A stretch of DNA of 64,000 nucleotides from Octopus vulgaris (Eukaryota): contig OX597822.1 in the NCBI GenBank assembly GCA_951406725.2, forward strand, positions 33,604,001-33,668,000, given 5' to 3'. A program made the position numbers and the translations under genes. A model generated the notes under the pieces. That model did no database searches and was not told the origin of the DNA. It worked only from the letters and a program-made list of their open reading frames with translations. Positions 12,233 to 25,885 of the stretch are shown piece by piece (position 1 is the stretch's first letter; every line of letters begins with the position of its first letter).

Positions 12233-12309
12233 CCAATTCATTCAACATTATGTTTTTTTTTAGGAACCAAACATCAGTGATAAAAAATAACTAGTGCTCC
12301 ATCAGTTAT

Positions 12310-12473
12310 AGTGACAAGTATTCCAGCTGATCTAATCAACAGAACAGCCTGTTCGTGAAATTAACATGCAAGTGGCTGAGTACTCCAAAGACCCAACAAT
12401 CCTTAACATAGTTCTCAGGGAGATACAAAGTGACACAAAGTGTGACAAGGCTGGCCTCTTCAAATAGAGGTAC
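12310..12473 (-). mobile_element. SINE family C, 3' part
   Basis: Reverse complement of 26080-26240. Confidence 0.75.
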
Positions 12474-13198
12474 TACCGTAAATCCTCAAGTATAGTCCGC
12501 CCTTGAGTATAATACGCAGGGGATTTTTAGGGGGCTGTACCTCTGAAAAACCTAAACCTTGTGTATAATACGCACCACTTCTCTAACTTGAGTCATGCGT
12601 AATTAAGCCAGCAGCACCTAGTCGAACAAACACTTCCATGCATGCGTAATACAATAATGGCGATATTCTTAACTGTTATATGAGAACGTAAATATGTTTG
12701 CAAATTGTTTTTGATACATGTTATTCTGTGTTCTGAATGCTTTTATTTTAATAAATGTTGCTTACTGCGAGTTATGGATGATTCTTTTATGACTTCATTG
12801 CTTTTAGGCTTAGCTTAATGTATTTTCGTGCCCGACATCACAAAATGCGTCTGAATAAACATTGCCGGACAGCAAATACAGACTCGGATATTGCTGACAA
12901 AACTTCATGCTGCATCACGAGGTCGCGGTCTCAAAGTGACGATAGTATTTTGACAAATTAAATTTAAATGTTGAAGTGAATCTAACGGTTTTTGTGTTTC
13001 TTAAATGGCTTATAAACACCTTCCACGCTGCAATTTGTTTTCATTCCAGCACACAATCTCAGATCAAGTCACTCGCTATGCAAGTACATCTCCGCAATAA
13101 CTAAATACTTTATTTGAATTAACTATTTGCCTGTCTTATATCCTGTGTATCATATGTAATACACAGGAGGTATTTCCCCTGGCATCATCATATACGGT
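12474..13198 (+). mobile_element. pogo/Tc2-like non-autonomous DNA element (right boundary uncertain)
   Basis: Starts TA-CCGTAAATCCTCAAGTATAGTCCGC with repeated GTATAATACGCA subterminal motifs; only TACGGT at the putative far end. 13021-13100 recurs inverted near 36365-36441. Confidence 0.55.
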
Positions 13199-13666
13199 CC
13201 CAATATTTTTCAACCATTTGATTAAGTTGGGATTTATGAAAAGGAAGCTTTATATTACTCAGAACATATGAAACAAGGGCTAAATTAAAAGTCTGCAAAT
13301 GAAAACAGACATTTAGGACAAGTTATTTGAAAGTGCTTTGGATAGGGCAAATGGTTAAGCAGGTAAAAACAAAAATCTCCTCAACCTTAATTAAGATAAC
13401 AAAAGTGAGTTAAATACATTTACAAAGAAATTGTGCAAGGTAAATAATTCAATACACATGCACACACACACACATGCATACACACACACACGCATGCACA
13501 CACATACACATACACACTCACCTATGCATGACAACACACAAAAAGCACATATATACATGTACACACACGTGCACACACATACATGTACACACACACATAC
13601 TCAGTTCCATGCATGAGCACTACAGAATTGGGAACTGGCAAATTTCTTTTTTTTTTTTTATCATGA

Positions 13667-13948
13667 GCACGTGAAAAAACATTTGAGCAAGGTCATTGCC
13701 AGTGCAGGTGGCACATAAAAAACACCATTTGAGCATGGCCATTGCCAGTACCGCCTGACTGGCCCTCCTGCTGGTGGCACGTAAAAAGCACCCACTACAC
13801 TCTCCTCAGAGTGGTTGGCATTAGGAAGGGTATCCAGCTGTAGAAACTCTGCCAGATCAAGATTGGAGCCTGGTGCTGCCATCTGATTTGCCAGTCCTCA
13901 GTCAAATCGTCCGACCCATGCTAGCATCGAATGTGGATGTTAAACGAA
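13667..13948 (+). mobile_element. SINE family B
   Basis: 5' units plus B body. Confidence 0.88.
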
Positions 13949-14724
13949 GTACTTTCTAGAATTCTCCATATTTCATATGATTAGTAAGCACAATTTATTG
14001 TTACTGGGCAATAGAAAGCAGTTGCATGAACTGAATAGCATATAATTAGCAATATGATGCACCTAAGTATGCTAAAGGTTAATAATCTGATACACCAGAA
14101 TCTTAATTAATTAAAATTTCCTTTGTTTCTTATCAAATCAATGGAATGACTGTACCATAAAAGAATTAGTAAGGTCAAGAGGTAAATGCTCTATCCTTGG
14201 CCCTTTCAATGTAGCTGATTTAAAATAATGAGAAGGGAAGAAACATCTCAAATATTTGAATGGTACTTTATCAATCTCAAAGAAATAGAAAGCAAATTCA
14301 ATCTCTGTGAGGTATGAGCACAGAGAACTAGAACAAGTGCCACAATATATTCTGTCTACTGTTCTAATGACTCTGCTAATTAGCCACAATTATTAATTAA
14401 TTTGAAAATGATGTACATAAGAGAAGAGAACTCAAAGTAGGGGATTTCCTGTCCTAGTAGGTATTTTACTAAACTGGTTTTTTAACATAATAATATTTAT
14501 GTACCAATAAGCCAGCAAGCCGGCTGAAATGTTAGCATGCCGGTTGAAATGCTGAGCGGTATTTCGTCTGCTGTTACATTCTGAGTTCAAATTCCGCCGA
14601 GGTCGACTTTGCCTTTCATCCTTTTGTGTGTGTGTGTGAGTGTGTGTGCATGCTTATGTGTGACGGAGTGGGGAGGGGCCGTGTCAATGTTTACATTTTA
14701 TAGTTTGCATGTGAAATCTAGACA

Positions 14725-14756
<32 letters not shown>

Positions 14757-15353
14757 CAGCAATGAGGACGGGTGCTGTGTCAATGTTTACATTTTATAAT
14801 TTGCACGTGAAAGCTAAGAGACATGGTGATGTTTCTTGACATTTCCCTGTCAACAAATTGTCCAAGAGCTCTGGTGTTAGGAGACAAATGGAATGAAAAC
14901 TTCCTGGTTCGGAAGAAAACAGGTAAGGGTTAGAGACAGGAAAGGCATCCTACCTGCAGTAAAACAATGCCCCCAAGAATATGTATTCTGTCTAACCCAT
15001 GCTAGCATGGAAAAACAGATGTAAAACAAACAAATAAAATATGTATGAATACATGTGTGTGTTTTTGTAATGTGTTTGTATGTATTCATGTAAATATACA
15101 TATATGTGTGTAAGAATATGCATGTGTGTGTGCATTCATGTAGATATGCATTTATGTATAAGTATGTATAGATGTGTATGTGTGAATTTGTGAGTGTGTG
15201 TGTATTCATGTAGCAATAAAAATTTACGTATGTGTATGTGTGTGTGTGCGTGTGTGTGAGTAACCATGTCAATAGGCATTTGAGAATAAGCTTACATGAG
15301 TGTATGTGTATGCATTCGTGTAAATATGCGTTGATGTATAAGCCTGTATGAAT

Positions 15354-15389
<36 letters not shown>

Positions 15390-16020
15390 GTGTGTGCGCG
15401 CGTGTGTGCACACGCAAGCTTGTGGTCATGTATATTGTACTAAAACATTCACAAAAGCCAGCTCATTCATATCTCCAGTGAAAAAAAAAAAGAGTTGTGG
15501 TGGTGGTGGCGGTAGTGGTGTTGGTGGTGGTGGCGGCAGTAGCGGCGGTAGCGGTGGTGGATTTGCGGTGGGTGGAGTGGTGGGGGACAGAAATAATCAA
15601 AGACAGTTAAGATGAAAGATGATAAAAAAACAACAGTCCGCATGTTGCACAAGCAGTCCCAGTATTGAAAAATAGTATATAAATATATTGATCCTAACTA
15701 GACACAAAGCCGTCTCACACACATTAACAAGAATGCCAGTTTGTACATACTGTTTAAGCCACACGGTGGAATCAATAAGCTGAAGTGAAGCATATTTCCA
15801 CACTAAACAAACAAACAAAGCAACCAGTAAACTCCTGATTCTATTAAGCAAAGGAATCAGTCTCGTCTATCTGGGTTATACATGTGAACATACACACAAA
15901 CAAGCATACACACCATCCCTTCCTTTCCTATTCAGTATAGGAGAGGAAGGAGAGGAAGTTCTATCAGAGGAGATTAAAACCGGTTGTCCTTGGGAACGTG
16001 ACTACACTGGTGACCCAGTC

Positions 16021-16310
16021 CTAATCATCATCATCACTGGAGATTACATCAGGGTAGGAGAGCGTGCGCCCTCTGGTATCGCGAGCAGATGGCTTCCAGA
16101 GGAGAAGAGTAAAAATTACCTCGTTTTCAACTCTACAACAATGTCCAGCAAACTGGACTCTTCTACCTTTCACAAGAGATGATACAGGTGGTAGTTTCCC
16201 ATATATTTGTATTTTGGTTGGATGATGCTTCCACAAGAGATTTTGAGCTCTCATAAGGAGGCGAGTGTAAATTCCATCCAACTGCCTCTCAAGTTTCTTT
16301 GATAACGTCC
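16021..16310 (-). mobile_element. 3' ORF2 fragment of an RTE-X-like LINE
   Basis: LDGIYTRLLMRAQNLLWKHHPTKIQIYGKLPPVSSLVKGRRVQFAGHCCR..LLLWKPS..RGRTLSYPDVI is typical of an RTE-type ORF2 C-terminus. Confidence 0.82.
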
Positions 16311-16498
16311 TGATAGCAGAGTGTGTGAAAAGTCTTTGTGATGAAATTCAAAACCTGGAAACGAAGCCTGGCATCAAGGGAGCCTCAAAATAAACTTGGT
16401 GAACACCGTAAAGTAAAGAGGGGACTCTACTGTCATCAGGAAATGTAGGAAAGGGTTAAGTAGATATCTCATAGGAGTGGCTGAGGTAAGTTGTTATA

Positions 16499-16901
16499 GG
16501 TGTAGGTGTGGCTGTGTGGCAAGTAGCTTGCTTACCAACTACATGGTTCTGGGTTCAGTCCCACTGTGTGGCACCTTGGGCAAGTGTCTTCTACTATAGC
16601 CTCGGGCCGACCAAAGCCTTGTGAGTGGATTTGTGAGTAGACAGAAACTCAAAGAAGCCCATCGTGTGTGTGTGTGTGTGTATGTTTGTCCCCCCAACAT
16701 CACTTGACAGCCGATGCTGATGTGTTTACGCCCCCCATAACTTAGCAGTTCGGTAAAAGGGTCTGATAGAATAAGTACTAGGCTTACAAAGAATAAGTCC
16801 TGGGGTCAATTTGCTTGACTAAAGGCAGTGCTCCATCATGGTCGCAGTCAAATGACTGAAACAAATAACAGAATGAAAGAAAAAGAAGAAGTAAAAAGAG
16901 T
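16499..16901 (+). mobile_element. SINE family A, full-length
   Basis: Family A head, body and tail. Confidence 0.92.
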
Positions 16902-16949
16902 GTAAAGTGTGAACTATGAGCACACAAGAGCTGTACTGAGCTCATGGGC

Positions 16950-18195
16950 AAGCCAATTGTGGAAGAAAACCTTTGTATATGGCAGACATATAGAAGCAGA
17001 CGTCAGAGCCTCAGTGAAAGGAATTCTTTTTATTGCTTGGAAGGCTCAGTCAACATAGCTGACGGCTTTAGGTACCTTGGCAACCGAATCAGCTGCAGAG
17101 AATTGTATCTTGAATGCCTAGTAGCTAGAATAAGAATAAGGTCGAAAATGTTCAGGGATTGCTGGCAGAAACGTTAGCACGCCAGGCGAAATGCGTAGCC
17201 CTATTTTGTCTGCCGTTACATTCTGGGTTCAAATTCCGCCGAGGTCGACTTTGCCTTTCCATCCTTTCGGGGTTGATAAATTAAGTACCAGTTACGCACT
17301 GGGGTCGATATAATCGACTTAATCCGTTTGTCTGTCCTTGTTTGTCCTCTCTGTGTTTAGCCCCTTGAGGGTAGTAAAGAAATAGGTATTTCGTTCGTCT
17401 TTACGTTCTGAGCTCAAATTCCGCCGAGGTCGACTTTGCCTTTCATCCTTTCAAGGTTGATAAATTAAGTATCAGTTACGCACTGGGGTTGATGTAATCG
17501 GCTTAATCCGTTTGCCTGTCCTTGTTTGTCCTCTCTGTGTTTAGCCCCTTCATCATCATCATCATCGTTTAACGTCTGTTTTCCATGCTAGCATGGGCTG
17601 GACGGTTCAACTGGTGTCTGGGAAGCCAGAAGGCTGCGCCAGGCCCAGCCTTCTGGCTTCCCAGACCCCAGTTGAACCTTATGGGTAGTAAAGAAATATA
17701 TTACCCCTGCTAGCAATAATGGGGTTCTTTTTTTCAAGCAAATGATAGGTTGTTTGTTGCTTGTATATGAAGGGTGATGCTGTGTGGCTATGAGATGTGG
17801 ACACTGAACAGAGTGGACATGCAAAGGTGGGTGTAAAATGAAGCAAGCATGCTCCAATAGATGTGTAATGCAACGCTATGTATAAATGACATGTAGTATA
17901 GATGAGCTGAGAGGCAAACTAGGTTTAGAAGAATCAATTACAGTGTGCAGGAAGGATGACGCATTGGTACAGACATCAATTGCATATGGATGATAACAGA
18001 TGGATAAAGAAGTGCCAGGAAATAGATGTGAAAGGAAACAGTGGAATAGGAGGACCAAGGAAGACATGTGCAAAAGTAATAAGGATGTAGAATCTCACAA
18101 AGGAGATTTCAAAGGAATGCATAAAAATGGCAAGATGCTGTACTGAAAAGCACTCATCTAACCCATGCAAGCCTGGAAAAGCAGAAGTGAAAATG
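16950..18195 (+). mobile_element. Decayed RTE-clade LINE 3' region interrupted by a family D SINE dimer (17161-17698), which itself holds a family B fragment
   Basis: Peptides ADGFRYLGNRIS..VARIRIRSKMFRD (before the insertion) and LPLLAIMG..LFVACI*RVMLCGYEMWTL..EASML (after it) form a continuous post-RT region. Ends TCTAACCCATGCAAGCCTGGAAAA. Confidence 0.82.
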
Positions 18196-18704
18196 TTAAA
18201 TAAATATATATAAAATACATGGTGGTGATTAAAGACTTCATTCGCTAGATCTTACCTTTTTAAACATCTGTATAAGCATTGCCAAAGATACAAGCATAAC
18301 AGATATTAGTTAAACAAACACACTTGATCATAAATTATTGTAGAAAAGAAAAAGAAAGAAGAAAAATAAGAAAATTACAAAACCGAAACCAGACAGTCAA
18401 AAATACACATAAAAACCATATTTTGATTTATGTGGTCCACATTCTTCAAATTGAATGACATTAAAAAATCCAATTAATTACAAAAAATTTTTTCTCATTC
18501 ATTAATAGAAATTTAACAAAAATATTAATATTAAGATGAAATTACTGATGGGCAACACCAGAATAAATCTGGTTGATGCAATTGAGGCCGTGTTTAGTTA
18601 AAATAGCTATTTTGTATACCATACTCAATGTATACACACTATCAACAGAATTGGTCAATTAACAGTATGTATATATTAACTATGATACTGAGACAACTAT
18701 TTTA

Positions 18705-19187
18705 ACTCAAGCTCATCAACATCAACATCAACATCAAAATCAAATCAAATCACAATCAAATGGAAATTATAGTAGAGGTCCCCGCGCCAGTGGCACGTGT
18801 AAAATGCACCATCCAAATGTGGTCGATGCCAGCCCCCTAGTCCCGAGTGGCTCCTGTGCCTGCGGCACATAAAAAGCACCATCTGAATATGGCTGATACC
18901 AGCACTGCCTTGACAGGACTCTGTGCCAGTGGAATGTAAAAAGTACCATCCAATTATGGTCGATGCCAGACCCCTCTGGCACAAGTGCTGGTGGCACGTA
19001 AAAAAATTAACTACTACACTGTCGGAGTGGTTGGCGTTAGGAAGGGCATCCAGCTGTAGAAACACTGCTAGATCAGACTGGATGCTGGTGCAGCCTCCTG
19101 GCTTCCCAGACCCCAGCTGATCTGTCCAACCCAATGCCAGCATGGAAAATGGACATTAAACGATGAGGATGATGATGACGATGATGA
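18705..19187 (+). mobile_element. SINE family B with several 5' units
   Basis: Repeated GTGGCACGT/GCACC units, B body, (GAT)n. Confidence 0.9.
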
Positions 19188-19536
19188 AATTAAATATATA
19201 ACGAAAACAGAGAGAAGCCTGTTGTGTGTGTTGTGCACGCGCGTGTGTATGTGTGTGAGTATATATATATATATAGGTGTTTCCTTTTCCTGACATCATG
19301 TGAGAGTGGTAAATGAGCGTCACTGTCAGACATGCAGCATTGTTCATTTCCAATATTCTGTGAAGAAATACATCTGGGCCATGCATGGGGTAATAATATC
19401 ACTTTGCTTGGAAACAGGTAAGAGTTGGCAACAGGAAGGGCATCCGACAGTAGAAAATCTGTCTCAATAAAATTCCAACCCATTCAAGCATGGAAAAGTG
19501 GATATCAAAACAATGGTAGCAGGAGGAGGAGAGGAG

Positions 19537-19568
<32 letters not shown>

Positions 19569-19716
19569 CATACATACATACATACATACATACATACATA
19601 CATACATACATAGATGCATACATACATACATACATACACACACATATATACACATACATCATGATCATAATCAATTAACATCTATTTTCTATGTGTGTGT
19701 GTGTGTGTTTGTGTGC

Positions 19717-19751
<35 letters not shown>

Positions 19752-19878
19752 ATAGGTGAGAGGTAGATATGTCCAGTATAGAAAATACATAATAATGCTC
19801 AAATAAATTTCAACCTAAATACTGAATATGCTATATGTAACAAACCTGTGTTAATCTGCATTACTACCTCTTTCTCTC

Positions 19879-19933
<55 letters not shown>

Positions 19934-20457
19934 ACATATACATACATGCACGCACACACAGATACACAGACACACACACACACACACACATATATATTTA
20001 CATATATATTCCCTCCTCTCACATGTCTTTCCTGCAGCTATCCAGCCATCAACTTGCAAAACTTTTAGAAAAAACCTTTAACAATATCAATCTCACTGGT
20101 CTCAAGAGAGCAGGCAAAGGCAATAGATAGAGCCCCTCTCTTCAGACCCGACTAATAAAATTACATAAAATAAAATAAAATAAAAATAAAAATATACAGT
20201 GTCTCTCTTGGACTAAGGATAAAGTAAAACGGTGCTTGAGCCCTGAGGAAGGACATGGGTCAAAACTCCTCTCCCAACTTCAGCATGTCAACTTAAGGGA
20301 CTTTTACCTACTCCATGGATATGAAACAAGGCTGCTTATTCTTCATATCTGCATTTTAACCATTTTATAGAGATGCTGGCTGTTGTTCCGGTCTTGTTAT
20401 TTAACCATTTCTTAAATGAACAAACACTCCAATCACATGCTCTAACTTCAACAATCC

Positions 20458-20855
20458 TATTTCTTTACTACCCACAAGGGGCTAAACACAGAGAGGACAA
20501 ACAAGGACAGACAAACAGATTAAGTCGACCCCCAGTGTGTAAATAGTACATAATTTAACGACCTGAAAGGATGAAAGGTAAGGTCAACCTTGGTGGAATT
20601 TGAACCCAGAACGTAGCGGCAGACGAAATACCTATTTCTTTACTACCCACAAGGGGCTAAACACAGAGAGGACAAACAAGGACAGACAAACAAATTAAGT
20701 CGACCCCCAGTGTGTAACTGGTACATAATTTAACGACCCTGAAAGGATGAAAGGCAAAGTCAACCTCGGCGGAATTTGAACCCAGAACGTAACGGCAGAC
20801 GAAATACAGCTACGCATTTCGCCCGGTGTGCTAACGTTTCTGCCAGCTCACTGCC
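20458..20855 (-). mobile_element. SINE family D dimer
   Basis: Two tandem CCTATTTCTTTACTACCCACAAGGGGCTAAACAC..GAAAGGATGAAAGG.. units. Confidence 0.9.
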
Positions 20856-20889
20856 TCTAACTTCAACAATCTGCCATACATTCTCACAA

Positions 20890-21141
20890 TCTCCCCACTT
20901 TTTCCCTCTGTCTTTCCCTCTCCCTCCATCATACTTTCTCTTCCATTACTCTTTCTCCCTCCACCACTCTCTCTTGTCCTCCATCTCCCTCTCTTTCCCT
21001 CATCTCTCTCTTTCTTTCTCTGTCTTCTTCCTTCCCTTTCTTTACCTTCTCCCACCCTGCCTTCTCTACCTCTCTTTCCTTGCTTCTCTACTCGTCTCTT
21101 TCTCTCTTTCTGCTAGCTTCTGTCTCTCTCTCTCTCCTCTC

Positions 21142-21172
<31 letters not shown>

Positions 21173-21370
21173 CCTTCCCAGCTTCTCTCTCTTTCATTCC
21201 TTACTTATTTATTTCTCTCTCTACCCCTGCATCTCCACCTGTCTCCCTTCTCTCTTTCTCTCTCTCTCTCTCTTTCTCATCCCTACTGCATTTCTATCTA
21301 TCAGTCTCTCTTCCCCTTGCTTCTCTTTATCACCCTCTTTCCCTTCATCTCCACCCATCTCTCTCCCTAC
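20890..21370. repeat. CT-rich low-complexity tract
   Basis: Direct observation; similar tracts at 27500-27980 and (purine strand) 59530-59840. Confidence 0.9.
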
Positions 21371-21682
21371 CACCAGTCACACCAAATGCCCTGCTACCCT
21401 CAACCATATTCACATGAGTCTCCCAAGAGTTTATCATCTGACACATCCCTCCCCTGAAGCCTGTGTTCACTCCAGTGCATCAACACCCCTATATCCTCCA
21501 CTACCAACCACAACCACAACCACCGTTCACAAAAATACCAAACAGTACTTCCTGTTCCTTTTTTGAAACCAATCCTGCAATTACTCAAAGAATATCCTGT
21601 CACATTCCTTTTCAAACCACAGGCCTCTGTGCCACAATATTTCCAAAATAACATAAGCAAAAGAAATTTTATTGTGTGCATA

Positions 21683-22101
21683 GGTGCAGGAGTGGCTGTG
21701 TGGTAAGTAGCTTGCTTACCAACCACATGGTTCCGGGTTCAGTCCCACTGCGTGGCACCTTGGGCAAGTGTCTTCTTCTATAGCCTCTGGCCGACCAAAG
21801 CCTTGCGAGTGGATTTGGTAGACGGAAACTGAAAGAAGCCTGTCGTATATATGTATATGTATATGTGTGTGTGTGTGTGTGTTTGTGTGTCTGTCTGTGT
21901 TTGTCCCCCTAGCATTGCTTGACAACCGATGCTGGTGTGTTTATGTCCCCGACACTTAGCGGTTCGGCAAAAGAGACCGATAGAATAAGTACTGGGCTTA
22001 CAAAGAATAAGTCCCGGGGTTGAGTTGCTTGACTAAAGGCGGTGCTCCAGCATGGCCGCAGTCAAATGACTGAAACAAGTAAAAGAAAAAAGGAAAAAGA
22101 A
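21683..22101 (+). mobile_element. SINE family A, full-length
   Basis: Family A head, body and tail. Confidence 0.93.
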
Positions 22102-22130
22102 ATGCATATGTGTCTTTGTGCTAGTGTGTA

Positions 22131-22349
22131 TGACAGAGTGTTGAAAAATTCTTGGCTTCAGGTAAAAAAAAAATACAAGAGGATCAATTAATTATGATTT
22201 TGTACAACATATTCCATTCTCAGATTCACATGCTTATTGCAGCAATCCTTCAATGTTTCTAAGCCCTGTAAAAGAACTCAGAAGGTTGGGCCCTCCAACC
22301 AAGCCTTTTGTGATACCCTTAAAGCCAGGCACTTTTCAGCATCCCCTCC
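22131..22349. mobile_element. mariner-type MITE
   Basis: TA flanks. Imperfect TIRs TGACAGAGTGTTGAAAAATTCTTGGCTT and (reverse complement) GGAGGGGATGCTGAAAAGTGCCTGGCTT. Confidence 0.7.
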
Positions 22350-22394
22350 TATGTATGTGCATGTGAGCATCAGCGATTACCATATTCTATGGTA

Positions 22395-22620
22395 TACTTA
22401 CTCTTTTACTCTTTTATTTGTTTCAGTCATTTGACTGTGGCCATGCTGGAGCACCACCTTTTAGTCGAGCAAATCAACCCCAGGACTTATTCTTTGTAAG
22501 CCTAGTACTTATTCTATCGGTCTCTTTTGCCGAACTGTTAAGTTACGGGGATGTAAACACACCAGCATCGGTTGTCAAGCAATGCTAGGGGGACAAACAC
22601 AGACACACAAACACACACAC

Positions 22621-22655
<35 letters not shown>

Positions 22656-22805
22656 ACGGGCTTCTTGGAATTTCCATCTACCAAATCCACTCACAAGGCT
22701 TTAGTCGGCCCAAGGCTATAGTAGAAGACGCTTGCCCAAGATGCCACACAGTGGGACTGAACCCGGAACCATGTGGCTGGTAAGCAAGCTATTTACCATA
22801 CAGCA
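22395..22805 (-). mobile_element. SINE family A, full-length (inverted relative to 21683-22101)
   Basis: Reverse-complement family A. Confidence 0.92.
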
Positions 22806-23809
22806 ATATATATATATATATATGATCAGACTGGAGCCTGGTGCAGCCTCCTGGCTTCCCAGACCCCGGTTGAACCATCCAACCCATGCTAGCATGGAAA
22901 ACGGTGGTTAAAGGATGATGATGATGATGATATATAGGGAGAATTCACAAAAAAAAACAAGACGGAGACAGGTGGTGTAGACAACAAACAGATGTATTAG
23001 TATAATGGTCGGATATATTTATATATATATATAATTGAAATTTATAGAAAAACAAAAGATGAAGACAGGCGTATGAAATGAACATCAAGCAAGTGAATTA
23101 TTTGGACATATATAGATCTGGATCCCACATTATTGTTGCTATTGCTGTTGTTTAGCCCCAGCTGAACTCCTGATCATGGAGGCATCCAACAGTGCCTTGC
23201 AACAGGATTGGATCTGAGACCATGTAGTTGAGAAGCAAACTTCACAACCACACAGCTACAGCTGATATGAAGGTAAAATTATCTTCCAAAGGGTTAAATA
23301 AAAGCTCAGAATTGTGCAAACTTTGGTAAAGGGTTATTTCCAAACTAAAACTTTACAAATTGTAACTAGCAATTTCTACTCAGCTTTATCAATATAGTTT
23401 TGCCAATAATAATGTTTTGCAAAATAACAAAATTAAAATAAAAATGAAATGACAGTTTGGTAAATGGTCATGTCAATGTGGAACAATGGACACATGTCAC
23501 CCCACCTTACTCATTTGGCAACACTTTTTTGTTTTGTCTTTTTTTTTCTTAATGGCTTGTTGAAGTCATAGCAGAATGAAAGGTTCTTTCACCACTTCAA
23601 TAATATATTTGAAACCAAATATAATCTCTGAGTATATAGTTGAGATGTTGCATACTTGTGGCTATAAATATGTGTGTGTGTGTGTGTGTGTTTGTGTGTT
23701 TGTGTGTTTGTGTGTGTGTGTGTTTGTGTCCGTTCTCCATGCTTGTGTGTGTGTACTGCCTTCCTAACGCCAAACTCCGTGTGTAGTGGGTGCTTTTTAC
23801 GTGATATAT

Positions 23810-23879
<70 letters not shown>

Positions 23880-23967
23880 GTGTGTGTGTGTATGTGTATA
23901 TACTGTAAATGTGGACATATACAGACACACATATATATATATAAATACATAAACGCACATGCATGTA

Positions 23968-24007
<40 letters not shown>

Positions 24008-24887
24008 TATATGCATGTATGTGTGTGTGTGTATATATATAGACAGACAGATGGAGGGATAGATATATACATAGATACATACATACATTCATACATACAT
24101 ACACATGTGTGCCTGTGTATATATATATAATATATACACATATATAATATACCCACATACAATACATCCAAACATATGTATATATGTAAGTATGTATGCC
24201 TGTATGTATGTATGTATATATGTATGTATGTATGCATGTGTGTACATACATTCATATGTACGTATATATGTATATGGTTAATAAATATTACCTAACTGAT
24301 CATGAACTAAAGTTAAATCGAGAACTTAACAGGGTTAATGAAAACCTGAAATCCTGAAATATCCTTTCACTCTCAATTAGCAGTTTAACCAATTAACCAG
24401 GGAACAGAGAATAACAGGTGTGTATAGAATAAAGTAAAGAATGTATTTTTAAACTATGACCCCCACTGCTCCCAATTAGTTTTTTTTTTTGTTTTTTTCT
24501 TTTGTTTTTCTTGTCAGGGCAGTGATAGAGTAGATGTGGAAGGTTTTATCTCATTGAGGCAAAACAGAGAATGTGACAAAGTTTTGAGTGACCGACTGTT
24601 TAAAAAGATATATAATTGCTTTCAGCTTAAATGGGTTTTGTACGTAAAAGGAAACCACTATGGTATCGTTTATCAGGTGAATGTCTCATAGAATGGAAAG
24701 TGGTACCAGAAAGAGAAAAAAATTTGGAAGAACAACAGAAAACGTGTAAGCATGTAAGATGTTAAATAGTTAAATGTCAAAAGAGAGAATGGGTGTGTGT
24801 ATGTTTGTATATAAAAGGAGTTTTTTTGCATATTTTGAGGTACAAAAATATAAAAATACTCAGTACATATGTTTGAAGTGTGTATAT

Positions 24888-24947
<60 letters not shown>

Positions 24948-25246
24948 ACACACATACCCACACACACTCAAGGAGACTGCCTGTACTTTTAAGCCAGAAC
25001 ACAGAACCTGTCAAAGAATTAAAAAGACACACTAATTATAGAAACTAATTTTAGAAGGAAAAGACATTAGGAAGTTCTTGAGACATATACATATATACAT
25101 ACATGTATATATCATACACATACACAGGCACACAGTACATACAAATATATATCATGATCGTCATCATCATCGCCATTGTCGTCATCGTTTAACGTCTGTA
25201 TTCTATGCTGGTAACAAGTTGGACTGCTTGACCAGAGCTGGCAAGC

Positions 25247-25512
25247 TTATTTCTTAATTGCGCACAAGGGGCTAAACATAGAGGGGACAAACATGGACAG
25301 ACAAACGGATTAAGTCGATTATATCAGCCCCAGTGCATAACTGGTACTTATTTAATCGACCCCGAATGGTTGAAAGGCAAAGTCGACCTCGGCGGAATTT
25401 GAACTCAGAACATAATGGCAGATGAAATACTGCTTAGCACTTCGCCCGGTGTGCTAACGTTTCTGGCAGCTCGCCTTCTTCGGCATGCTAACGTTTCTGC
25501 CAGCTCACCACC
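25247..25512 (-). mobile_element. SINE family D inserted in a family B copy (about 25155-25740)
   Basis: B sequence resumes after the D copy. Confidence 0.85.
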
Positions 25513-25780
25513 TGAAGAGCAGCACCAGGTTCCAGTCTGATTTGGCCTGGCTTCTACAGCTTGATGCTCTTTCTAGCGCCAACCACTTTACAGAGTGTAC
25601 TGGATGCTTTTAATGAGACATGGCCACAGGTGCATTTTATGTGACCCAGGACTGGTACTCTTAACATGACCTGGCACAGGTCCTTTTTACGTGTCACCAG
25701 CAGAGGTGCTCTTTACATGGCACCAGCAAAGGTGCTTTTAATGTAAGCACATATGTACATATACTTGTGTGTAGGTATGT

Positions 25781-25823
<43 letters not shown>

Positions 25824-25885
25824 TATACGTACTCACACTCACACACCCACACACATATTCATGTATGTATGTATGTATGTATGGT

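Noticed and set aside
23576-24255. ORFs of 150-220 aa (also 28777-29395, 35614-36054, 20776-21457, 27463-28077)
   Set aside because: They arise from (TA), (TG), (ATAG) and CT-rich simple repeats that lack stop codons.
24626-24676. Possible 51-nt exon (TTTCAG|LKWVLYVKGNHYGIVYQ|GTGAAT)
   Set aside because: The peptide is not recognised, the donor is moderate and no partner exons are evident; needs RNA-seq.
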